Assembly: GCA_016868915.1 (NCBI GenBank) | Contig: VGFL01000001.1 | Span: 1-58,648 of the forward strand | Reading direction: 5' to 3' | From: Bacteroidota bacterium | GTDB taxonomy: Bacteria; Bacteroidota; Bacteroidia; Flavobacteriales_D; Crocinitomicaceae | DNA length: 58,648 nt | The notes under the pieces: model-generated | The model's database searches: none | What the model saw: the letters and a program-made list of their open reading frames with translations, nothing else | What the model was told of the DNA's origin: nothing | In this document: positions 26,809 to 37,100 of the stretch, piece after piece | How the letters are laid out: each line of letters starts with the position of its first letter | Position numbering within the stretch: the stretch's first letter is position 1 | Position numbers and translations under genes: made by a program

Positions 26809-28260
26809 ATGAAAGGACCTTTTATTACGAACCTCTTTCTTTCTTTATTTCTTAATCTTTTAATAAAGCCCGTTTCACTTCTAGTCATTGACGCTGAAGT
26901 GCAAAACAAGGTTGGGCCTGAAAATTATGGTCTATATTTTACCTTGCTCAACCTGTCCGCTCTTTTTAATATCTTAATAGATTTAGGAATTAATAATTAC
27001 ACCATCCGCAGGCTTGCGCAAGACCCTAATCAAGCCACTAAATATATTGGCCGAGTAATTATTCTTCGCATTCTTTTATTTACCATTTATTGTATCGTCA
27101 CATTATTTTTCGCCTTAATAATAGGATACAAAGGGAAAGAGCTTTTATTGATAGGAATTTTAATCATAAACCAGCTTCTGATTATGTTTATCTCCTTTGC
27201 CAGAAGCTATTTTTCAGGTCTACATTATTTCAAAACAGACTCCATTATTTCTGTTTTAGATCGCTTCTTATTAATCTTCTTGTGTGGCGCTCTTCTTTTT
27301 ACGAATATCACTTCAACACCCTTTCAAATTGAATGGTATGTTTATATTCAATCCGTCTGTTACTTTACAACAGTAGTAGTGTCCTATTTTATGTTGTCCA
27401 AAATCGTACTAATTAATGAATTTACTTTAGACCGAAAATTTTCAATACAAGTCATTAGAGAAAGCTCCCCTTATGCGTTGTTAATTGTTCTTATGTTGTT
27501 TTATACCCGATCTGATTCAGTCATTCTAGAGCGTTTGCACGAATACGGAAGGTTTGAAGCGGGAATCTACGCCCAAGGGTTCAGGATTCTCGATGCTTTA
27601 TATATGTTCGGAATGGTATTCGTGATGCTTCTATTTCCAATGTTTTCTAGAATTTTAAAACAATCTAAAAAAGATATAATCCCTCTGCTTCAAACTAGCG
27701 GAAATCTATTAATTGGTGGAAGTGCCGTCCTTGTTATTGCGCTCTGTTTTAACGATAAAACAGTATTGAATTGGATTTATGATGCCAATATTACTGAATC
27801 ATCTAAATCATTTGATTGGTTAATGTTAGGGTTCTTTTCATTGAGTATAAACTTTATTTTTGGGACATTACTTTCCGCCAACGGCAATTTCAAAGCGCTA
27901 AATTACGTATCTGTTGTTGCGGTTGTTTTTAATATCGGATTAAATATTCTTGTTGCACCGAAATATGGTTCAGAAGGAACTGCACTTATTTTCTTTCTTA
28001 CACAGACGGGTGTTTCAATCACTCAATTTATTTTAACTAAAAAAATAATTGGGATTAAATTTATCCCCTCATTGGTTGTTAAGCATGTTTTAGTAATTTG
28101 CCCATTAATGATTGGCGGATTGTATTTCCCTCAAAGTGCCGTGTTATTTATAATTCAAATTTTAATCGGATGTTTAATGCTTTTTACCCTACGAATTGTT
28201 GACCTTCGCGAATTAAAAAACTCTTTTATACCTCCAAAAGAAACCATTAACAATAATTAA
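26809..28260 (+). CDS. oligosaccharide flippase (Wzx/MOP) family protein
   Basis: 483 aa and polytopic. Polysacc_synt-like N-terminus (YGLYFTLLNLSALFNILIDLGINNYTIRRLAQ). Only 19 nt downstream of the response regulator. Confidence 0.7.
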   Translation: MKGPFITNLFLSLFLNLLIKPVSLLVIDAEVQNKVGPENYGLYFTLLNLSALFNILIDLGINNYTIRRLAQDPNQATKYIGRVIILRILLFTIYCIVTLFFALIIGYKGKELLLIGILIINQLLIMFISFARSYFSGLHYFKTDSIISVLDRFLLIFLCGALLFTNITSTPFQIEWYVYIQSVCYFTTVVVSYFMLSKIVLINEFTLDRKFSIQVIRESSPYALLIVLMLFYTRSDSVILERLHEYGRFEAGIYAQGFRILDALYMFGMVFVMLLFPMFSRILKQSKKDIIPLLQTSGNLLIGGSAVLVIALCFNDKTVLNWIYDANITESSKSFDWLMLGFFSLSINFIFGTLLSANGNFKALNYVSVVAVVFNIGLNILVAPKYGSEGTALIFFLTQTGVSITQFILTKKIIGIKFIPSLVVKHVLVICPLMIGGLYFPQSAVLFIIQILIGCLMLFTLRIVDLRELKNSFIPPKETINNN

Positions 28261-28290
28261 TCGTAGAAAACGTTTAAAGTGTCAATAGTC

Positions 28291-28298
28291 TAACTTTG
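28291..28298 (+). promoter_or_regulatory. candidate -7 promoter box TAACTTTG
   Basis: Exact TAnnTTTG match 20 nt upstream of the ATG at 28319. Confidence 0.35.
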
Positions 28299-28318
28299 CA
28301 CTTAAAAAAAGCTGGTTT

Positions 28319-29311
28319 ATGACAAATTCATCATCTGATTTATCGGGAAACACGAATGATTTTATTGAATTCGCGTGGTCCAAACGAAAATTTATCACTT
28401 ATTTCACGATTATTTCAGGCACAATAGCAGCAGTAATTGCGTTTTTAATAACTCCGTTGTATTTATCCACGGCAATAGTTTTCCCTGCGGCATCCTCTAC
28501 GGTTTCTTTTTCAGAGCAACGAAATGCAAAGTCCGCTTCAATGGATTTTGGCGAGGAAGAACAGGCTGAGCAATTGGTTCAAATTTTACAATCTTCAAAA
28601 ATACGAGACAAAATTGTAAAGAAATTTAATCTGATGGAGCACTATGAAATTAGCCCAACTGATGATAATAAGTATTACAAATTGGTGAAGGCATATGAAG
28701 GGAATTTTTCCTTTACTCGAACGCGCTTTGGATCCATTAAAATTGATGTTTTAGACGAAGATCCTAGGCTAGCAGCTAGTATGGCTAACGGGATCGTTGA
28801 GCTTATAGATTCTGTTAAAAATGAAATGGTTTCTCAACGAACATTACCCACATTTGAAATTAATAAAAGAAAAAAAGAACAGCTTGAGAAAGAAATTGCG
28901 AACATGAATTCCGAATTAGATTCACTGTCGGCCAAGGGTGTGATGTCATATAGTAGTAGATCAGGATTATTTGAAGCTTACGTGGGCGCATCAGGAAGCG
29001 ACAGAACAGATATGAAAGAAAAAATCGATGTTAATACAAAGTATGGGGCGAAATACGATGGGATTGAACGCCTGAGAAACGAAAAAATATCAAAACTAGA
29101 GGAATTTCAGGCGGCATATGAACAAGCTGAGTCTGATGCCAACACAAAATTTAATCATAAATTCGTAGTTGAAAATGCAGTAGTTGCCGATAAAAAAGAA
29201 AAGCCTAAAAGACTATTAATTATCTTAGTTTCAGTTGTTGGTGCAATGATTTTCTCCCTTCTAATTCTTATCGTTCAACAGAGATTTAAAGAATTAAAAC
29301 AGCCCAAATGA
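28319..29311 (+). CDS. Wzz-like polysaccharide chain-length determinant (PCP) protein
   Basis: 330 aa. One TM near the N-terminus (ITYFTIISGTIAAVIAFLITPLY) and one at the C-terminus (LLIILVSVVGAMIFSLLILIV), with a charged coiled-coil-like region between them. No kinase domain. Confidence 0.6.
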   Translation: MTNSSSDLSGNTNDFIEFAWSKRKFITYFTIISGTIAAVIAFLITPLYLSTAIVFPAASSTVSFSEQRNAKSASMDFGEEEQAEQLVQILQSSKIRDKIVKKFNLMEHYEISPTDDNKYYKLVKAYEGNFSFTRTRFGSIKIDVLDEDPRLAASMANGIVELIDSVKNEMVSQRTLPTFEINKRKKEQLEKEIANMNSELDSLSAKGVMSYSSRSGLFEAYVGASGSDRTDMKEKIDVNTKYGAKYDGIERLRNEKISKLEEFQAAYEQAESDANTKFNHKFVVENAVVADKKEKPKRLLIILVSVVGAMIFSLLILIVQQRFKELKQPK

Positions 29312-30747
29312 TTACTGTATTAAGAAATAATCTATTTCTTTCTCTTAGCTCGCTTACTTTTATCATTTTAATTTCATTCCTTATATGGTTTGACTTGTAC
29401 TGGTTCTGCTTATTTCCTGTTGCGCTTCTTGGAATTTATGCCGCTATTTATCACTCCAAAGTGATTTTCTTGAGTCTTTCCTTTCTAACTCCATTATCTA
29501 TTAATATAGAGGAATATACCGATAGTATTGGGTTATTCATTCCGACAGAGCCATTCTTTTTTGGATTTATGCTTCTAACCATTTTCAGTGAACTAAAAAA
29601 AAGAACCTTTTCAAAACAACTATTAAATCACCCGATTGTAATTGCTGCGGGATTTTACCTTTTAGTAATATTTATGAGCGCCATAACAAGTAGCCATCCT
29701 TTGGTTTCTTTTAAATTTTTCTTGGCTAAGCTCTGGTTTTTTGTCCCATTACTAGTTTTGGCTCCAGTATATTTTCAGGAAAAACGTAACATCTATTGGT
29801 TCATTGTTTTATTCGTGGCGGGAACTACAATAACAAGTATTTATACCTTGGCACACCACAGTATATACAATTTCGGTGAAAAAGAGGGACACTGGGTTAT
29901 GTATCCTTTTTTCAAAGATCATACTATTTATGGCGCGATAGTAGCACTCGTGCTTCCATGGTCTATTGGACTTTTTTTTCTTAAAAAAACAAACCCCCTT
30001 GAAAAAATTAGCTTATTTACAATTGTTCTAATTCTTTTGATTGCCTTATTTTTCTCATATACACGTGCAGCATGGCTAAGTGTAATCGGAGCAATCGCCG
30101 TTTGGACTCTTATTTATTTCCGTATTAAACTTTCATACCTCATTGTAATTGGTTTAGTGTCTCTTTCATTTCTGTTTATTTCATGGGATCAAATTCAAAT
30201 GGAATTGGCACGGAATAAGGAAGTACATACGACTGAGGAGTTTAGTACGCGTATTCAAAGCGCAGTAAATGTTTCAACCGACGCATCAAATCTTGAACGA
30301 ATTAATCGTTGGGATTGTGCGATTGAAATGTTTAAAGAGAGCCCTTTTTTGGGTTTTGGGCCTGGAACTTATCAATTTGAATACGCTCAATTTCAAAAGC
30401 CTGAAAATTTAACGATTATCTCAACAAATTTTGGCGATATGGGAAATGCTCACAGCGAATATTTAAGCGCCCTCTCTGAAATGGGGGTCTTTGGATTTTT
30501 ATCTTTTTTAATTTTGGTAATAACAATCTTTTTTACGGGCATCACTCTATTTTACAAAACAAAAGGGGACCTTCCACAAAAGGCAATTCTGCTGTCTTCC
30601 ATTCTTAGTTTATCAACTTATTTTATTCATGCCTTTTTAAATAATTTTCTTGATACGGATAAAGCGGCGGTTCCTATTTTAGCTATCTGTGCCATTTTTA
30701 TTGCGCTTGACAATAACTTAACTACTCAAAAAAAAGACGGCCATTAA
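29308..30747 (+). CDS. O-antigen ligase / Wzy_C family membrane protein
   Basis: 479 aa and polytopic. Wzy_C-like loop SYTRAAWLSV plus a large periplasmic loop. ATGA overlap with the wzz-like gene. Confidence 0.7.
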   Translation: MITVLRNNLFLSLSSLTFIILISFLIWFDLYWFCLFPVALLGIYAAIYHSKVIFLSLSFLTPLSINIEEYTDSIGLFIPTEPFFFGFMLLTIFSELKKRTFSKQLLNHPIVIAAGFYLLVIFMSAITSSHPLVSFKFFLAKLWFFVPLLVLAPVYFQEKRNIYWFIVLFVAGTTITSIYTLAHHSIYNFGEKEGHWVMYPFFKDHTIYGAIVALVLPWSIGLFFLKKTNPLEKISLFTIVLILLIALFFSYTRAAWLSVIGAIAVWTLIYFRIKLSYLIVIGLVSLSFLFISWDQIQMELARNKEVHTTEEFSTRIQSAVNVSTDASNLERINRWDCAIEMFKESPFLGFGPGTYQFEYAQFQKPENLTIISTNFGDMGNAHSEYLSALSEMGVFGFLSFLILVITIFFTGITLFYKTKGDLPQKAILLSSILSLSTYFIHAFLNNFLDTDKAAVPILAICAIFIALDNNLTTQKKDGH

Positions 30748-31165
30748 CCCATTCGGGATCTAAGATTGCTTGTTGTTTCTTGTAAAAATTTATGGCTAAA
30801 TCATTCCATTCAAGTACTTGCCAGTCCATTCGGCTTACCCTTAATTCCTTTGCAATTTCTTTGGTTTTATGAAATAATTTTTCGCCAATACCCATCTTTC
30901 TTTTTTCAGGAATTACAAAAAAATCTTCTAGATATAAACATTTCCCTTTCCATGACGAGTAAGAAATATAATATAAAGAAAACCCTATAATTCTTCCTTC
31001 ATCTTCTGCTACAATCGCAGAACAAATTTTTTCTTTAAATAAATCAACCCCAAGTTGTTGGGGTGTATTATTGACTTGTTCTGAGGCTTTTTCATAGGCT
31101 GCCAAGGCGCAAATAAGATTATAAATCTCATATTCATCTCCAGGACGGGCTTCCCTTATTTTCAT
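30722..31165 (-). CDS. GNAT-family N-acetyltransferase (diamine/SSAT-like)
   Basis: 147 aa. Acetyl-CoA motif VIPEKRKMGIGEKLF. The start overlaps the sprA stop (TAATG). The 3' end overlaps the convergent ligase gene by 26 nt. Confidence 0.8.
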   Translation of the reverse strand: MKIREARPGDEYEIYNLICALAAYEKASEQVNNTPQQLGVDLFKEKICSAIVAEDEGRIIGFSLYYISYSSWKGKCLYLEDFFVIPEKRKMGIGEKLFHKTKEIAKELRVSRMDWQVLEWNDLAINFYKKQQAILDPEWVNGRLFFE

Positions 31166-34100
31166 TATTGAACGCCCGCTAAATTGAATCGCAACTTAAA
31201 TCCTGTGCTTAAATTTTGTGTCGGATAAGCTGTTGCTATTTTTGGAGTATTTAATACTTGATCGTAATAGAATTGCAATGTCAAATTCTTAGATAAATTA
31301 TAATCGGCTGATGCCTTAATAGAAATTACACGCTGGCCCGCGGTTGCTTGATTAGTGCTTTCAACAATTTTTCGGATAACCGTTAAATTGTCTCGTAAAG
31401 AAAAATCAAATCTTACATTAACATCGCTTGCAGGAATTTTTTCAAATGGTAATTTTACCTTTGAAAACCTGTATCCAGTTCCTATTACCATCTCGTTTCC
31501 TAATATTTCTGTTACTTGGTTATTATTTAATGAGAGAGTTGCGCTTCGATCTTTTTTATATTCAAATTTAGTGATCAACCCTTGGCCATTAATGTTCCAT
31601 GTAGCGTCAATGCCTAAAAGTGGATTAAACCGCTCCGTTAACACGACATTTTGAACCTGTAAATCAGCAATAAAATTGTTATTTAAATCGCGCCCTATTG
31701 CATGACCATTTGCGTCAAATTCAGCGTTTAAATTTGTTTGCATCCCATTTACGCTTACTGTTGAACTATATCCGTGTTTAATAACAAAATTCTTGACAAA
31801 TTTTTTCACAAAATTATACTTTGTCAAACCATTATAATTCACTGACCAATTTGGTAAAGGAGTATTTTTAATAGGATTAATTGTTTGGTTGTTAACTTTT
31901 GTATTTCCATAGGCAGTAAGAAATGCTCCTAGGACAACCTCTTGTTGGCTTCCAGAATAACCCTCAAAATAAACAGAGTTGCTAATTGAGGAAGAATTTG
32001 CATTTTGTTGACCAAGTAGGGAAGACACCAATTCTCGGTTATTTAAAAGAGTTGTAAATGTCTCAGAAGAGTAGTCACGGCTATCTAAAAAACCAAAGGC
32101 TGACCCGATCGTGAGATTTGTATAAGTCAGGGTGGCTGTTTCTACCTTGCTTTGGCCCTCAAATATACTTTCCTCCTGATTCCATCGGTAGAATTCAGAA
32201 GAGTTTCTTGAATAGTTTCTATTTAATGTGAGCTCAATGATTACATCTTTCATGGGTTCTAGTGAAGCTCTCATATTTAGGTTTTCCGTGTGGGTTGTTG
32301 TAAATGCTCTATTTAGATTTGAATTTTGAACAAGCCAACCATTTGAGCTGGCTAAAGTGGCCACATTGTAATCATTGCGTCTTCCAAACAAATCATACCC
32401 CTGCTGACCGAAAACAAAACTTGACAAACCATAAGTAGAATTATTCATCCCAAGAATTTGTGTTTCTTGATTAAAGCCCGGCAATAAAGTTCCATCAGTC
32501 AAGGAATAGGTCCCAGAAATATTTCTGACTGTCATAACTACTCGTGAACCAGCGGCAAGAATGACATTTGGTTTTTCTTTGGCCTTTTGCTCGCGCTTTT
32601 TCTTTTTTGAGTCTTTCCTTTTTTTACGTAAATACCGTTTCTTTTCTTTTGGAGTCATCTTTGCCAACATCTCTTCCTCCTTCTTCTTATCTATTTGTTC
32701 TTTTTCTTCTTTTTTCGCATCTGCTGGATTATTTTTACCGGAGGCGTCATTATTTCCTTTTGAATCCTTTAAATCAAGTTTCCCCCTTGGGTTTTTCCCG
32801 CCACCTAAAACTCGTTTGAAAAAAGGAACTTTATTGTAAAAATTTACCAGGTTGGCTTGTCCTATGAAATTAATTGTTCTATTATTTTGTATTGTGTTTC
32901 CAAACTCTGATTGACCGAGCGGGGATCTCTGCCAATTAAATGTTCCGGCATATTTTCCGTTCAAGCTGATCCAGTCCGTTAAAGGAAATTTATCAAAAGG
33001 AACCGTAGCACTTAAAGAATAATTATGCGTATAATCCATTGTTCTCCCGAATGTCCCGATTTGTGATCGCAATGTATCTAAATACTCGCGATATCCTGCG
33101 GGGTCTAATTTTCTGTCAACACGATTATTCCCTTCTTCAAAAATTGCTTTATTTGATGCTGTAAATGTGGCTTTAATATTTTTAGTTAAATCATATCCTA
33201 CAGTGTAGTCTCTAATCCAGTCAAACTTCTTTAGATAAATTGGGGCAAATTCGTAGGTCGGAACAAGATTATTCCTAATTTGCCTTTCATTATAAATTCT
33301 AGAAATATTATTCGCAAACGATAGATTTTTAGGAAGGAAAAATACATTTGTTTCTTTGACTAATTTGAACCATTTAGATTTTTGTACCGGCTTCCACTTT
33401 TTAAAAGGCTCCCAGGGTTTAGATCCAAAAGTATAATTGTAATTCAATGACCCCGTAAAAGTTTTCGTTTTGTCGTAATTAATATTAAAATCGCGGCGCA
33501 AAACTTCTGAAAAAGAGTAGTTGGCTGACCAATTTGTTATTTTCCAAAAGCCTGGCGCAGAACCTGCTTTCGCCTCTTTTCGAACATTAGAAAAATTATA
33601 AGACCTTCTTTCAGTAAAATCCTGTCCCAACTTTGCTTTTTCTTTCCGTGTTTCAATATCATAATCTGATAGCTTTACATCAGGATTAAAAGGATCATAC
33701 TCTGGATTAATTATTCCTAGTGAATATCCATAGAAAAAAGGTAATGAAATTCGTGTTTGCTTTCCAAAAAACTGGCCGAGTTGGATAGTTGTGTTTAGAT
33801 CAAATCCTATTCTCTCAAATCTTTGGCGTTCTTGAACTCTACTTTCAACACTCCCCCAATTTATTCCTGAATAATTTCCAGAAGCAGAAACCACAGCCAC
33901 ATCAGCAACTTGAAATCTCATTTGACCAATAGCGGCATCGCCCCCCTCGCTAACAAAATCTGTAAGGCGCAATTCATTTACCCACAAATTAGCGCATTCT
34001 GCATCTCCGTTATCTGGTTTCCAAATATTATTTGGGTCATTTTTCAATGGATTTCGAACTCCTATCATTATTGTTTTCAACCCTTGAAAATTAGGATTAC

Positions 34101-37100
34101 CCTTTACTTTAATCTTACGATTTGGGTTTTTGGGATCAAGATCAGAATACTCAATTATATAAGAAACTCCTGTTGCCCCAGCTTCAACTTTTTGATTCCG
34201 CTCCTTTTTTAGATTTAAGAAATCGTCAAATACAATTTCAACATTGTTGTTTTGAGGCCAAATATCCTCTGCAGCCGTGGAATACCATGGCGTAACATCT
34301 AAAGGCAATTCATATTCGTAATAGTTCTCAACAAAATCAGTCCCTAATCGAACAAAAAGAGTTAAATCTTTATTTTTTAGGGTATTCGGATTAACTTCCT
34401 CTGCATGGACAAACATCTTTAATTTTTTGTATGTTCGAACATCAAATTGTACGTTTTTGTAAGTTGCTCGAGCGTCCCCATCTTGAAGATTACAGACTTC
34501 TAAAGACAAAGACTGTTCATTTAATTGCCTTTGATAAACTTGAGAAGGATCTATTTCGCGAACTATTCCGGGCGGAACCTCATATTTTACTGGCGTCCGC
34601 TGATCGTTTTCTTCAACATTAACCGCTCCAATATTAAACGTGGTTAAGTTTGGGTCTGTTTGTACACTCAGCCCTGGCTGATTTAAGTCCAACAGATATC
34701 TTCTCCATTCGCTTCTTAAAAGCTCCAAGCGAGCAAATCTCAACACTACTTCTTCATCAAAATTATTTAAGAACATCCTCATAAATCGGATTGACCTAAA
34801 ATCTTGGATGCCATTGACCTTTCTCTCAAATCCATTTAACGGAACCTTAAATTGATACCACCTCTCAGTTTTATTTCCGTTTTGATAGGTTTGAACATTT
34901 GTAATAAAGTTTTTTCCAACCTGCATGTCTGATGGCCTCATGCTAATCCTATACTGAAAATAGCTTTCTGTCTCAGATAAGTTGTTGTCTTGGTTAATGT
35001 CCTCAATATCGGGTTGATTTGTTGCTTGAGTTGGATATCCATCGCTGTTGGCCGTATCTGACATCTCTTGAGTTGGAGAATTTCCCTCCATTCCATTATA
35101 CTTCTTATATCTTTCTAAAATAGTTAAGGTGTCCGTATCGTAGTTATCATCTAAATAGTAATTATAATCGTCATTTGATGGGTCAGATAGAATTTTATTC
35201 TTTGCCGTATTTGATAAATTTGGTGTTGTATTAACCCAGTTTATAAAATTTTGGTATGCTTGTTCCTCCTCTTGACTTTTCCACCCGTCTAAACCTACGT
35301 CTTGATTTAGTCTTGAGTCTGGATTATTATCAAACGCATTTACAACAACTTGTTGAGTTGAAATTTTTGACCACACAGTAGTGTCTAAATTATCAGAAAT
35401 ATCAGTCCCTAAAGGCGGAAGCCCATTTTCAAAGCTTTTTCGAGAATCGGGAAGAATATCCTCAGAAATATTCCCTAAGTTTATATAAAAATCACCCCCA
35501 GTATGAGTCGAATTTGGGTTCTGATTTTCCGCATCGTCATTAAATGGGTCTAAAACCCAAAATTGAATAAATTCAATATTTGTTAACTCAAAATCATTTG
35601 TATTTAGAGCCCGCATTATGCCTCCCCATCTTGACTCGGGATTAGTAAAAGTTCCATCCGGATTAATGTTAGCCGTTGTATCATAATTATACATCCCTCT
35701 TTCCTTGGGATAATATGCTAAATCTAAAACTGGAATATTTGGTATTGAGCCATACTGCATTTGTAAATTTGGGAAAATATCAACTTGATTTACCAATCGC
35801 ATACGACTATCCGCCAACATTTGTGGGTTTTGTTTTATATGTTGGGGAGTTAAATTATTCCCCTGATAAAAAACCGGATCTATAACATACCATGATAAAT
35901 TTGACCGTTTAAATCCTGCTGCTAATGATTTATATTGTGCTTCAGGAAACATATCTGGCTGGCCTTGAGGAATTGATGCTAATCTCCAAGCTGAAAATTG
36001 ACGTAAATCTATGGTGTTCTGCGCTTGTTCAAAATCATCAACATATGAAGTCCCCTCCCTGTTAATTGCACGAGGCTGCCCAGGTATAAGGCGTGCAACT
36101 TCTCCCGTGAAAGACAGTGAAGACATTGCACTAGTTGAAATACCCGGTAACCAATCTATTACCTTAGTCAGTAAAGGGAGATTTGTTTTAAATGCCAAAT
36201 CCGCGCCTATCATTGTATTTTTAAATGGTTCATTCCCTATATCGACTTTCTGAGTTACGGGCCTCTCTAGCATCCTCACCCATGTTGCCCCAAAATTAAA
36301 TTTATCGCTCATTCGATAGCTATATCGGGCACCCAACATTGATCTCGCTTGAAAACCAAATACAGAATTACTTTCGATTGTAATCTTTATAGGGGTATTT
36401 GACTCTAGGATTCCTGAATTAAGTATTTTAACCCGCCCTAAATTATAGTCAACGGTGTAATCAACGCCCTCAGTTAAATTTATTCCTCCTGCCGACACAG
36501 TAACGGCCCCTTCTGGGACATTCAATGCATTCAATGGAATATCAGAGGTGACGGAAGATTGATATTCCCCCTTGAAAGAAAACCTGTTCTTTGAAGGAAT
36601 TTGTTGCGCTGCGGTTATTGTCGAATCATAAAGTTCGGTGTAAACAACTTGGTCAATTAGAGTTTGTGCAATGCCAGCGGCTTGTAACTTATCTTTTAAT
36701 GTTTTCCCAAAAGGCTCAACTGTAGAAAAGTAAATGCGCCCATTTTTCTTATTAATAGTCCCCCCATTTTCTAGTTTATTCCCTGTAATTGTGAACGGGA
36801 TAAAATCAAATACCCCATCTGAAAAAGGTTGATTGTTTTGGTTTAATTTATCCATATCCAAAAGAGTAACGATCTGTCTGTCATCGACTCCACTCATTGG
36901 AAAATAGGGGATATTAACAGAAGTTTCTCTGTTATTATATAGAATATCTATTTTGAATCCCGTTTGATCTACTTGAAAGGCACCAATTGAATAAACATTT
37001 TTCATTACCAAATCCCAAATTTTATTTCGTGGATTTGTGATTGTGGGCTTTAACAATTTCAAAATTAGTGCTTGTTGTCCTTGAGCTCCATCGGTTGATA

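Noticed and set aside
32561-32839. Two overlapping + strand ORFs (92 and 83 aa), rich in Phe/Ser/Leu
   Set aside because: They are the reverse-complement image of the Lys/Glu-rich (AAA/GAA codon) segment of sprA, so they are a compositional artefact.
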